Position numbers and translations under genes: made by a program. A stretch of DNA of 64,000 bases, taken from Coleofasciculus chthonoplastes F2-STO-03 (GTDB lineage: Bacteria > Cyanobacteriota > Cyanobacteriia > Cyanobacteriales > Coleofasciculaceae). Of the stretch, positions 1 through 8,755 are shown in pieces. Below the pieces are notes generated by a model. It saw only the letters and a program-made list of their open reading frames with translations, did not search any database and was not told the DNA's origin. Where the stretch lies: contig JAVJWO010000047.1 in assembly GCA_040222015.1 (NCBI GenBank), positions 64,001-128,000 on the forward strand, written 5' to 3'. The stretch's first letter is position 1; each line of letters begins with the position of its first letter.

Positions 1-9
1 CTTAAGATG

Positions 10-100
10 AATGGCACTGACTGGTATGCTGGTGGGCAATGCCCACCCTACGGTCTATCAAAGGTTTCGGCGATCCCCAAAGGCTTATTTCAGTACCATT
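10..100. repeat. MITE-like element with imperfect terminal inverted repeats (AATGGCACTGA...TCAGTACCATT) and an internal REP hairpin GGTGGGCAATGCCCACCCTAC
   Basis: Related copies at 41837-41942, 48651-48737, 61299-61344 and a truncated one at 35827-35862. Confidence 0.7.
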
Positions 101-104
101 GGAC

Positions 105-1082
105 TTAAGGTTTTTTCATCGGCGTTTTCTTCCTCTTCTTCTTCGCCTTGCTTTTCTCATAATCAATTTCCCTAAGCTTCTTAGTAATTCGGCTAAAATA
201 CTCTTGCAGATAGGCTTCCAATGTGGTTGTGTCTTGGGGCTCAAGACCAAAAACCGGATAAGCCTCATCCATGGAAGCCATCATCGGTTTCCCCGTCGCT
301 AACACCTCCGTGAATGCCAAGCGATCCGCGATATTCCACCCCCACTGAAAGAAGCGGGTAATCTGGCGCATCGCCCGCAAGAAATTAATCGGGAGTCGAG
401 CAATCCTGGCATCCTTTGCCGAGAGTCGCTCACATAGACTAATAATCTCATCGGCTCGCCAAGCTCGTGTTCCCACAACCGGAAAGATTTTATTTGTCGT
501 TTCCGGAACCTCAAGAGCGCGAACGGCAAATTTAGCGATATCCTGAGTATCCATATACGCCGTGGGCGCCGCTTTCCCAGTAATCCAAACCGCTTGCCCT
601 TCCAGGATGGGTACAGCATACTGCATAATCAGCCCTTGCATAAACCCAGCGGGCTGCAAGATGGTGTAGTTTAATCCCGATTCTGCCAGAAACACTTCAG
701 TACACCGTTTAATCTCCATCAACGGCACCTTGGGGAATTTCTCACAATTGAGAATCGAGAAAAAGACAAAGCGTTCCACTCCCGCCGCCGCCGCCGCTTG
801 AATCAGCGCCACCTTGCCATCCCAGTCTACCTGTTTAATCGTCAGAGATCCTGTTGGTCTAGAGGTTGCTGCATCAATCACGGCGGTTATGCCTTCAAGA
901 GCAGGGGGTAACGTCTGTGGTTCACACAGGTTACCTTGAACCAATTCCGCTCCCCATTCTTTCAAAAACGTGGCTTTCCTAGGGCTACGCACTAGACAGC
1001 GTACCTGATGACCTTCATCCAGCGCCCGACGAACCACCTGTCTTCCTAAAGTGCCTGTTGCACCGACGACCAACAAGTTCAT
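105..1082 (-). CDS. ycf39: Ycf39-like atypical SDR / NmrA-family NAD(P)H-binding protein (photosystem II assembly)
   Basis: GATGTLG Rossmann motif; RKATFLKEWGAELV and VPLMEIKRCTE segments typical of Ycf39; 325 aa. Confidence 0.85.
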   Translation of the reverse strand: MNLLVVGATGTLGRQVVRRALDEGHQVRCLVRSPRKATFLKEWGAELVQGNLCEPQTLPPALEGITAVIDAATSRPTGSLTIKQVDWDGKVALIQAAAAAGVERFVFFSILNCEKFPKVPLMEIKRCTEVFLAESGLNYTILQPAGFMQGLIMQYAVPILEGQAVWITGKAAPTAYMDTQDIAKFAVRALEVPETTNKIFPVVGTRAWRADEIISLCERLSAKDARIARLPINFLRAMRQITRFFQWGWNIADRLAFTEVLATGKPMMASMDEAYPVFGLEPQDTTTLEAYLQEYFSRITKKLREIDYEKSKAKKKRKKTPMKKP

Positions 1083-1134
1083 TTATAAAATTTTGCCTGT
1101 AAACTTAACATTTCTATATAATTCTATCAGAATT

Positions 1135-1227
1135 TGTCATTGGTCATTGGTCTTTTGTCCTTTGTCATTCGTCATTCGTCGTTTAGTCGGGGCGGGTGTA
1201 GGGTGCGTTAGCGAAGCGTAACGCACC
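1135..1227. repeat. Heptamer STRR array followed by a GTAG-type REP hairpin
   Basis: (TGGTCAT/TTGTCCT/TCGTCAT)n at 1135-1180; GTAGGGTGCGTTAGCGAAGCGTAACGCACC at 1198-1227. Confidence 0.8.
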
Positions 1228-1463
1228 ATTGCAAACTGACACACCGAGCGAAGTCGAGGTGTTCCCCATCACCCCATCACACAAATCTACCCTTCGCCGC
1301 CTTGGATTTTGAGTAACAAAAATCCCAAACCCATACCCACGAGAATTAGAGTAAAGGATAGTACAGCAGCATTGAAAATTTCAGCGTTCATGTGTTATCT
1401 CCTCTGGCGATCGCTAAACAGGCTCTAAGTTATAAGATTATCGTGATTGGGTTCAAATCGAAA

Positions 1464-2564
1464 ATGAAAACAGAAAAACATTTGTTTACACAATCAAGCC
1501 ATCCCCCCCGAGGGCGTCCCCGTTTAGCTGTCACCTTGGGTGATCCGGCGGGGATTGGTGCGGAGGTGGTGCTGAAGGCGTTGGCAGATGAGCAGATGAC
1601 TCAGGATGCTGATATAACAGTCATTGGCAGTCGCTCGTTGTTACAGAAGGCGTATCAGGAATTGCGGCACACCGTAGACAGTACCACGCCTCTAGCTGAA
1701 CCGGATAACCTATCCATATTAGATATCCCTTTAGACGCCTCAACCGAACGTCAGATTACCCTGGGGCGGGGAAATGCGGCGAGTGGAGAGGCGAGTTTTG
1801 CTTACTTGAAACGTGCGATCGCGCAAACCTTGGCGGGTGAGTTTGAGGGAATTGTCACCGCGCCGATTGCCAAGTCATTCTGGAAAGCCGCCGGACATGA
1901 TTATCCCGGTCAAACCGAAGTGCTAGCACAGGCGGCTGGTGTAGAGCGATTCGGGATGTTATTCGTCGCGCGATCGCCTCATACCGGGTGGCTATTGCGA
2001 ACCCTGTTAGCCACAACCCATATTCCCTTGGATCAAGTCCCCCATACCTTAACCCCAGACTTGATGAGAACAAAACTGGATTTACTGGTGGAGTGCTTAC
2101 GGCTGGAGTTTGGCGTAGAAACCCCTCGCATTGCCATTTCTGGGTTAAATCCCCACAGTGGCGAACAGGGACAATTAGGGAGTGAGGAAAAAGACTGGTT
2201 GATTCCCTGGCTCGAACAGGAACGACAGCAACGTCCTCAGCTAAAATTAGATGGACCGGTACCACCCGATACCCTTTGGGTAAAAGCGGGTCAAGCCTGG
2301 TACGATAATCCGGCAATCCCCAATCTCCCCGATGCATACTTGGCACTTTATCATGACCAAGGCTTAATTCCGGTTAAACTCATGGCATTTGACCGAGCGA
2401 TTAACACCACAATTGGTCTACCCTTTGTGCGAACCTCTCCGGATCACGGTACAGCTTATGATATTGCCGGTCAGGGAATTGCTAATCCTACCAGTATGAA
2501 AGCGGCGATTCAACTAGCGGCACAATTGGTGCGACACAGGCAATTTTTGTCGGGGCGGGTTTGA
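1464..2564 (+). CDS. pdxA: 4-hydroxythreonine-4-phosphate dehydrogenase
   Basis: [32 protein letters not shown] and RTSPDHGTA motifs; ATG at 1464 preferred over the GTG at 1392. Confidence 0.95.
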   Translation: MKTEKHLFTQSSHPPRGRPRLAVTLGDPAGIGAEVVLKALADEQMTQDADITVIGSRSLLQKAYQELRHTVDSTTPLAEPDNLSILDIPLDASTERQITLGRGNAASGEASFAYLKRAIAQTLAGEFEGIVTAPIAKSFWKAAGHDYPGQTEVLAQAAGVERFGMLFVARSPHTGWLLRTLLATTHIPLDQVPHTLTPDLMRTKLDLLVECLRLEFGVETPRIAISGLNPHSGEQGQLGSEEKDWLIPWLEQERQQRPQLKLDGPVPPDTLWVKAGQAWYDNPAIPNLPDAYLALYHDQGLIPVKLMAFDRAINTTIGLPFVRTSPDHGTAYDIAGQGIANPTSMKAAIQLAAQLVRHRQFLSGRV

Positions 2565-2761
2565 CGGATAAGTAGGTAGGGATAATAAAAGTTAACGGCA
2601 CAGATCGTCATTACTAAACCCACCCTGCCAAATCATCAATAATTATCATATTTAATTGATTCTGTCAAGAGGTGATTCCGATAAAGCTAGATGTTAGCGT
2701 AGTGGAGCTAGTCCCTCTTTTTCGGCTGAGTCATAGGATAGCAGTAGGATCAAGCAGAGTA

Positions 2762-5700
2762 ATGATAGAACAGGATCTCAAAGGCGATCGCTCCTTAGTT
2801 TTAGAAACAGCATGGCAGCGATATGCCCAGCTTAAAACCCAAGCTGCAATCACTTATAGACAATATTTGAGTCTTCGGGGCGGATCAATTTTGCTCAGTG
2901 CGATCGCCACATTCCTAGCGGTGGTTATCGCCAGTACAGATAGGCAACTCATCGCCGCCCCACCGGGACGACTATTAATCATTGGTTTAGTTTTAGTTCC
3001 GATTATCAATGTGATCATTTTGGCGATTAGTCGCAACCTGCAACAAGGACAGTATTGGCAAATCCTCAATGCTGGTGCTGAGGAAATTCGCAAAACGATC
3101 TATCTGTATCGGACATTGCTACCGGGACAAGAGAATCGTCATCAATGGTTGAATGAACGAGTTACAGCGATTCAACGCCAGGTATTTGATAGTATTGGCA
3201 GTGATTTAGTAATGCAACCCTATACCGGTAATCTTCCCCCGGATGAGAGGGGCGAATACCAAAATCATGATCCGGGTTTTACGGATTTACTGCCCCCAGA
3301 TTACTTGCATTATCGCCTAGAAGCGCAACGGCAACAATATACCCAAGAACTCGCCCAACTCAACACCACTCGCACTCGCTTACAAATTATCCTGTTCAGT
3401 TTGGCTGGATTGAGTGCATTGTTACCCGTTTTAGGGGTGAGTGTCGGTGTCTGGGTGGCGTTTACCCTGTTTTTGGCAACAGCATTCAGCCTGTGGTTAG
3501 AACTAGGACGAATCGACGATCGCGTGAATGCGAATAACCAGCTAATTGTAGCTCTCAACATGATTCGCGATCGCTGGCAAACGTTAACCGCCAAAGAGCA
3601 GACAGGCGAGGAATTTTTTCAGATCGTGCTGGCGACAGAAAATACACTCTGGAATTACTATAGTCAACCAATTTCCGAACGGCGTCAAATTGCCACACCC
3701 TTGCTGGAGCCGAGTGATGATTTACTCACAGAAGCGCTCAAAGAACCTGTTGTCGAACTCCCCGAAGAATCAAACAAAGTTGAAACCCTAGCCGTTGCCG
3801 CCCAAACCCCCAAAGAAACGGTAACGTTGGAGGTAGTCAAAAAAGTTGAAGAACCTCCTCAGGAGCCGCCGAAAAAGGGATTACCTCATGCCTTTGTGGT
3901 CATGCCCTTTGGACGAAAAAAAGGACCCGATGGGCTTTGGATTGACTTTAACAGCATTTATCGAAACTTAATTAAGCCAGCCTTAGAAGAGGCAGGATTT
4001 GAGTCATTTCGTGCCGATGAAGAAATGGTTAGCGGCGATATTTTGACGGATATGTTTCAGGAGCTATTGCTCGCTGACCTAGTTCTGGCAGATTTAAGCA
4101 TTGATAATGCCAACGTATTTTACGAGTTAGGCATTCGCCACGCCCTGCGTAAGCGCGGCTTGATTCACATCCAATGTGGTCGGGCTTACATGCCTTACGA
4201 CATTTTCAATGTGCGAACACTCCCCTATCACTGTGATGATAGCGGTTGTCCTGACCCAGAGTATTTACACAAAGACAAGCAGGCGATCGTGAAAATGGCG
4301 CGTGCCACCTGGGATTCGGACAAAAACCGCATTCATAGCCCAATTTTCAGTATTTTAACCGGACTGGATGAACCCGATCGCAAGTCCTTGCAAACCCCCC
4401 TGGCAACCGGATACTGGCAGGAATACAAAGAATGGCAAGAGCGGGTGGTGCTTGCCCAGCGACAAAAGCGGATTGGGGATGTCTTGTTATTAACCGAAGA
4501 GGTAAGTAATCCCCTAATTAAAGAAGAAGCCCTGGCGGAAGCAGGGAAAGCCCTAAAAAATCTAGGCAATCATGCCCTAGCGCTCAAAGAATATCGCCAA
4601 GGCTTGAAAATCAACTCCAAAAATTCTGAGTTTCGTAAAGAAGAAGCCTTTCACCTCAGCCGCTTAAAGCAATTTGATGAAGGGATTGTCAAATTAGAAT
4701 CATTGCTCCAGGATGAACCCAGAAATATAGATGCACTCTGTTACTTAGCTCGCATTTACAAAGAAATGTGGCGCAATGAATGGAAAGAAATCTCAGATCA
4801 GCCGGAGCGGTTGAGCGCTGCCTATGATGCCGCTCACTTACTCAAAAAAGCCGTTGATACCTATCTCAAAGCCTATCGGCTGAATCACAATCACTATTAT
4901 GCTGGGATTAATGCCCTAACCTTATTAGTCCTTCTCGATTATTTAGTCCAGCATTGTGACATCGATAGTGATGCCGAAGGAGAAGCCCTGCGGCAACAGT
5001 TGCCCAATCTCAAAGGGGCGGTTCAATTCTGCCTGGAAAGTGCAGTTAAGACCAATGAAAATGATACCTGGGCGTATGTTTCCTTAGGAGATTTAGCGGT
5101 ATTAGCAGCCGACCATCCGAAACAGGTAATGCGAGCCTATAAAAAGGCGCTAACGCTACTTTGGAACAATAAATTTGCCCTAGAAGCCACCCTAAATCAA
5201 CTGGAACTTTTGGCGGCGCTTTCTTTCCGCCCGGAATATGTACAAGCAGGACAAGTGGTGATCCAAGGGGAACTCGACCGACTGAACAATCAAACGGCAA
5301 TAACGGCGGATGAGAGCGAACCAGAACCCACACAAGTTATCCTCTTTTCCGGTCACATGATTGATAGTCCCACCAGGGAGCAACCGCGTTTTCCCGCCGC
5401 CATGGAAAATGAGGCGCGGCAAAAAATTGAGGAGACTCTGGATAAGTTAAAACCCAGTACCAATTGCTTGGCAATTGCTCCCGGTGCAGCCTGTGGCGGT
5501 GATATTTTGTTTATCGAAGCCTGCTTAAAGCGGAATATGAAGGTGGAGGTATTTCTGCCCTTTACCCCAGCTCAGTTTATTCTCGAATCCGTTAGTTTTG
5601 CTGGGGATAACTGGGTATCCCGTTTCTATACAATTCAGAATCACCCTAATGTGTCGTTTAATCTGCAACCGGAACGATTGGGAGACGTGCCGATAGGGGA

Positions 5701-5923
5701 TAATGCCTTCGAGCGCAATAATCGCTGGGCGTTGTATTCTACCTTAATGTATGGCATTGATCGCGTGCGACTGATTGTTCTGTGGAACGGTAAAGGCGGT
5801 GACGCGCCCGGAGGTACAGGTGACATGGTTCATCAGGTACGCCACTTAGGAGGCGTGGTTGAGCATATTGATACCACCAAATTTGACTACTGGAACACGA
5901 GGACGAAGGTATTAGCCAGTTAA
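2762..5923 (+). CDS. Multidomain conflict-system protein: two SLATT-like 2-TM modules, NDT/DRHyd (ASK-like) hydrolase domain, TPR (DUF4071/TPR-S-like) region, C-terminal SLOG-like domain
   Basis: Two TM pairs each followed by a W-containing helix (QYWQILNAGAEEIRK; LWLELGRID); AFVVMPFG...RADE...ADLVLADLSIDNANVFYELG; TPR helices; VILFSGHMID...GAACGGDILF...VFLPF...LWNGKGGDAPGGTGDMV. Confidence 0.75.
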   Translation: MIEQDLKGDRSLVLETAWQRYAQLKTQAAITYRQYLSLRGGSILLSAIATFLAVVIASTDRQLIAAPPGRLLIIGLVLVPIINVIILAISRNLQQGQYWQILNAGAEEIRKTIYLYRTLLPGQENRHQWLNERVTAIQRQVFDSIGSDLVMQPYTGNLPPDERGEYQNHDPGFTDLLPPDYLHYRLEAQRQQYTQELAQLNTTRTRLQIILFSLAGLSALLPVLGVSVGVWVAFTLFLATAFSLWLELGRIDDRVNANNQLIVALNMIRDRWQTLTAKEQTGEEFFQIVLATENTLWNYYSQPISERRQIATPLLEPSDDLLTEALKEPVVELPEESNKVETLAVAAQTPKETVTLEVVKKVEEPPQEPPKKGLPHAFVVMPFGRKKGPDGLWIDFNSIYRNLIKPALEEAGFESFRADEEMVSGDILTDMFQELLLADLVLADLSIDNANVFYELGIRHALRKRGLIHIQCGRAYMPYDIFNVRTLPYHCDDSGCPDPEYLHKDKQAIVKMARATWDSDKNRIHSPIFSILTGLDEPDRKSLQTPLATGYWQEYKEWQERVVLAQRQKRIGDVLLLTEEVSNPLIKEEALAEAGKALKNLGNHALALKEYRQGLKINSKNSEFRKEEAFHLSRLKQFDEGIVKLESLLQDEPRNIDALCYLARIYKEMWRNEWKEISDQPERLSAAYDAAHLLKKAVDTYLKAYRLNHNHYYAGINALTLLVLLDYLVQHCDIDSDAEGEALRQQLPNLKGAVQFCLESAVKTNENDTWAYVSLGDLAVLAADHPKQVMRAYKKALTLLWNNKFALEATLNQLELLAALSFRPEYVQAGQVVIQGELDRLNNQTAITADESEPEPTQVILFSGHMIDSPTREQPRFPAAMENEARQKIEETLDKLKPSTNCLAIAPGAACGGDILFIEACLKRNMKVEVFLPFTPAQFILESVSFAGDNWVSRFYTIQNHPNVSFNLQPERLGDVPIGDNAFERNNRWALYSTLMYGIDRVRLIVLWNGKGGDAPGGTGDMVHQVRHLGGVVEHIDTTKFDYWNTRTKVLAS

Positions 5924-5929
5924 ATAAAT

Positions 5930-5957
5930 GTAGAGACGCGCCATGGCGCGTCTCTAC
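5930..5957. repeat. REP-like palindrome GTAGAGACGCGCCATGGCGCGTCTCTAC
   Basis: Perfect palindrome; related copies near 11432, 31279, 43017 and 47186. Confidence 0.85.
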
Positions 5958-6067
5958 AGGCTATCCTTGTTGCTCTTAAGGATTGACGTGGCTTAATCTT
6001 AAGATCATTGTCCTCGATGACACGGTTAAACTGATGGTTAAAATATTCTCTCTCTAGAGTCAATTCA

Positions 6068-6826
6068 ATGAAAAACTCCTGTACTTTAACCTTTAACAAT
6101 AACCTCACCGCCCATGTTGTTCAAGTCCACAGTCCCACGGCGTTGGCGGCGGCGTTGCACCAGCTTGGTCTTGACCAACCCCGTCCTACCCTGGCGTTAG
6201 TGGGTGGAGCGAGTAAGATTAGTGAGTCTGACAAAAATGATTTGCGACGCATTTTTCTCGAAGTGATTGCGCCTCTGGCTGAACAACTGGGAGTGGTGGT
6301 TGTCGATGGGGGGACGGATGCGGGGATTATGCAATTTATAGGTCAAGCGCGGACAATGATTGGTGGGACATTCCCATTAATTGGTGTCGCCGCGATTGGT
6401 ACGGTTATGCTTCCTGGTGTTAAAAGCATGAATGCTGATGCGGCGATGCTAGAGCCAAATCACACCCACTTTGTCTTAGTTCCAGGCTGCAATTGGGGAG
6501 ATGAATCCCCCTGGTTATCTGAGATTGGTAGTCATTTAGCTAAGGGGTTACCTTCGGTGACGATTGTGGTGAATGGTGGCGAGATTACCTGGCAGGATGT
6601 GGCGCAAAGTGTGAAAGCTAAGCGACCTGCGATTATCCTAGCTGGGAGTGGACGAACGGCTGATAAATTGGCAGCCGCATTGCAGGGAGAGGTAACCGAT
6701 GAACGAGCCACAGATTTAGTGGCATCGGGACTTTTGCACGCTATTGATGTGAGTAAAGATGCAGCAGCACTGGCTCATCTGATTGCACAGATGCTTTCTC
6801 GACCTGCGGATGCGTTGCCCGAATAA
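6068..6826 (+). CDS. LSDAT-type SLOG domain protein (prokaryotic homologue of the TRPM N-terminal SLOG)
   Basis: LVGGA, VVDGGTDAGIM, PLIGVA, LEPNHTHFVLV, WGDE, VNGG and GSGRTAD motifs. Confidence 0.85.
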   Translation: MKNSCTLTFNNNLTAHVVQVHSPTALAAALHQLGLDQPRPTLALVGGASKISESDKNDLRRIFLEVIAPLAEQLGVVVVDGGTDAGIMQFIGQARTMIGGTFPLIGVAAIGTVMLPGVKSMNADAAMLEPNHTHFVLVPGCNWGDESPWLSEIGSHLAKGLPSVTIVVNGGEITWQDVAQSVKAKRPAIILAGSGRTADKLAAALQGEVTDERATDLVASGLLHAIDVSKDAAALAHLIAQMLSRPADALPE

Positions 6827-7091
6827 ATTGTCTCCAAATAAGGTGGGAAGAAGCGTTGACATTGATTCGGTTAAATCGGAGGTTTTAGAGTAAGTGTAAT
6901 TCGGAGATTGATGCTAATGTATTTTTTTTTATGACATAATAAAAATTAAGTTGATTGAGACGTATACCGCTGATCCTGTTTGAATGGTGCATAAAGCATT
7001 TGTTGCTAAAACTAAATTATTCGCTGGGTCATTTCATAATGTCTTAAGCCCACCCTTGTTGTATAGACTCTTGCAGATCAAGGCATAGAAC

Positions 7092-8489
7092 GTGGCAAAA
7101 AAGAACTCTTACAGTCAATATCTTAGGCAACACCTGAGTAACTTAATCGAGCAGACGGACTTGCCCACCTTGAAAAAGGACTTTATGAAAGCCCGGTGGT
7201 TGGATCAAGTGCTGTGGCTGGAAGGACGGGCAACCAAGGAACGCGATCGCCATCACTCTTTGAGGTTACTAACGATTATCGGCGGTGTTATCGTTCCCGC
7301 TCTGGTGGGATTCAAAAGCCCAAATCCTCAGATCCAGGAAATTGTCGGCTGGAGTGCGTTTGGGTTGAGTCAAGCCGTAGCCGTTTCCGCCGCCGTGGAA
7401 GAATTTTTCGCTCATGGGGAAAAATATAAGCAATTCCGCAATACAGCCGAAAATATGAAAATTGAGGGCTGGCAATTCCTGCAAATGGCTGGACAATACA
7501 GTCAGTTTGAATCCCACGACGATGCTTATGCTACGTTTGCCTATCACGTTGAGCAGTTGATTCAGAAAGACGTGCAGGGTTTCGTCGCTCAGTTTGAAGA
7601 AACAGAAAAGAACAGCAAGCAAAAGACAGAAGAAACAGTGGCTCAAAATTCGGCTCTAGCCCTGGAGAATCTCAACCAGCAAATGGAGTATCAGGAGCAA
7701 TTGCGGCGACTTGAAGCGGAAAAACGCCGCTGGCGAGAAGAGAAAGAGCGTTTGGAAAATGAGCGTTCAGCGTCCCTGGAAGATGCGGAAAACAATGGGG
7801 AAGAGGTCCAGACTACCCCGGTTACTCTCGAAGACTTGCCCCCGCTAGGTGCCGCCGCAATGGTTTGGTTTGAAGAAGACGAACCGGAAGAACCCAAAAA
7901 ACAAGCATCGATGAATGGTCAAGGAAATAGTGAGCCAGCCAAACCCGCCGTACCCCAACTGATTACACCCGAACAAGCGTCCAAAATAATGGATTGTCCC
8001 CTAGACGATAGCCAGAAATATTTACCGGGGGTATTGGAGGCGCTGCAAGACTATGACATTTTGGATAAGCAGGTGCTAATTGGTTTACTGGCAACGGTGC
8101 GAGTGGAAACCAACGGGTTTAAACCCATTAATGAGTTTGGTGGAACAAAATATTTTACTAAACATTATGAAGGACGCCGGGATTTAGGCAACGTGCATCC
8201 AGGAGATGGAGCGAAGTATCACGGTAGAGGCTACATTCAGATTACGGGGAGAGCCAATTATCGCACGTATGGGCAAAAATTGGGGGTGGATTTGGAGAAT
8301 AATCCTGAATTAGCTCTAGACCCGGAAATTTCTGCTAAGATACTAGCTTGTTACTTCAAAGATAGAGGAGTCGCCACTGCTGCAAAAGTGGGAGATTGGC
8401 GTAAAGTCAGAAAATTGGTGAATGGCGGCTATAACGGTTGGGATGTTTTTTCTAAGTATGTTGAGAAAGGTAAGGCGGTAATTGGTTAA
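7092..8489 (+). CDS. DUF4231/SLATT 2-TM domain, coiled coil, acidic linker, C-terminal GH19 lysozyme/chitinase-like domain
   Basis: RWLDQVLWLE...IIGGVIVPALV...RNTAENMKIEGWQF (DUF4231-like); VETNGF...INEFG and YHGRGYIQITGRANY...NPEL...VNGGYNG (GH19). Confidence 0.85.
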   Translation: MAKKNSYSQYLRQHLSNLIEQTDLPTLKKDFMKARWLDQVLWLEGRATKERDRHHSLRLLTIIGGVIVPALVGFKSPNPQIQEIVGWSAFGLSQAVAVSAAVEEFFAHGEKYKQFRNTAENMKIEGWQFLQMAGQYSQFESHDDAYATFAYHVEQLIQKDVQGFVAQFEETEKNSKQKTEETVAQNSALALENLNQQMEYQEQLRRLEAEKRRWREEKERLENERSASLEDAENNGEEVQTTPVTLEDLPPLGAAAMVWFEEDEPEEPKKQASMNGQGNSEPAKPAVPQLITPEQASKIMDCPLDDSQKYLPGVLEALQDYDILDKQVLIGLLATVRVETNGFKPINEFGGTKYFTKHYEGRRDLGNVHPGDGAKYHGRGYIQITGRANYRTYGQKLGVDLENNPELALDPEISAKILACYFKDRGVATAAKVGDWRKVRKLVNGGYNGWDVFSKYVEKGKAVIG

Positions 8490-8492
8490 GGT

Positions 8493-8693
8493 ATGGAACC
8501 CACAGAAGAAGTTTTTTTTCAAGTTCAGGAACTCAAGGAAGCGATTCAGGAACTTAAAGAGCAGATCAAAGCAATGCAATCGATAAATGAGGTGCAGCAA
8601 GAGTCAATTACGTCTTTAATTGCTCTGTCTCAGAAGCAAACGACGGTGATTGAGCAGCAAACCTCTGTGATTCAGCAATTGGTGAGTCAGTAA
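8493..8693 (+). CDS. Small coiled-coil protein
   Basis: Starts 3 nt after the upstream stop with AAGG in front; heptad Q/E-rich pattern. Confidence 0.6.
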   Translation: MEPTEEVFFQVQELKEAIQELKEQIKAMQSINEVQQESITSLIALSQKQTTVIEQQTSVIQQLVSQ

Positions 8694-8720
8694 GGGAAAG
8701 ATACAGCAGCACGTTCGTAG

Positions 8721-8739
8721 TCAGCACGAAGCGTGCTGA
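8721..8739. terminator. Hairpin between convergent genes
   Basis: TCAGCACG-AAG-CGTGCTGA. Confidence 0.45.
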
Positions 8740-8755
8740 TAAATAGGGTCTATCA

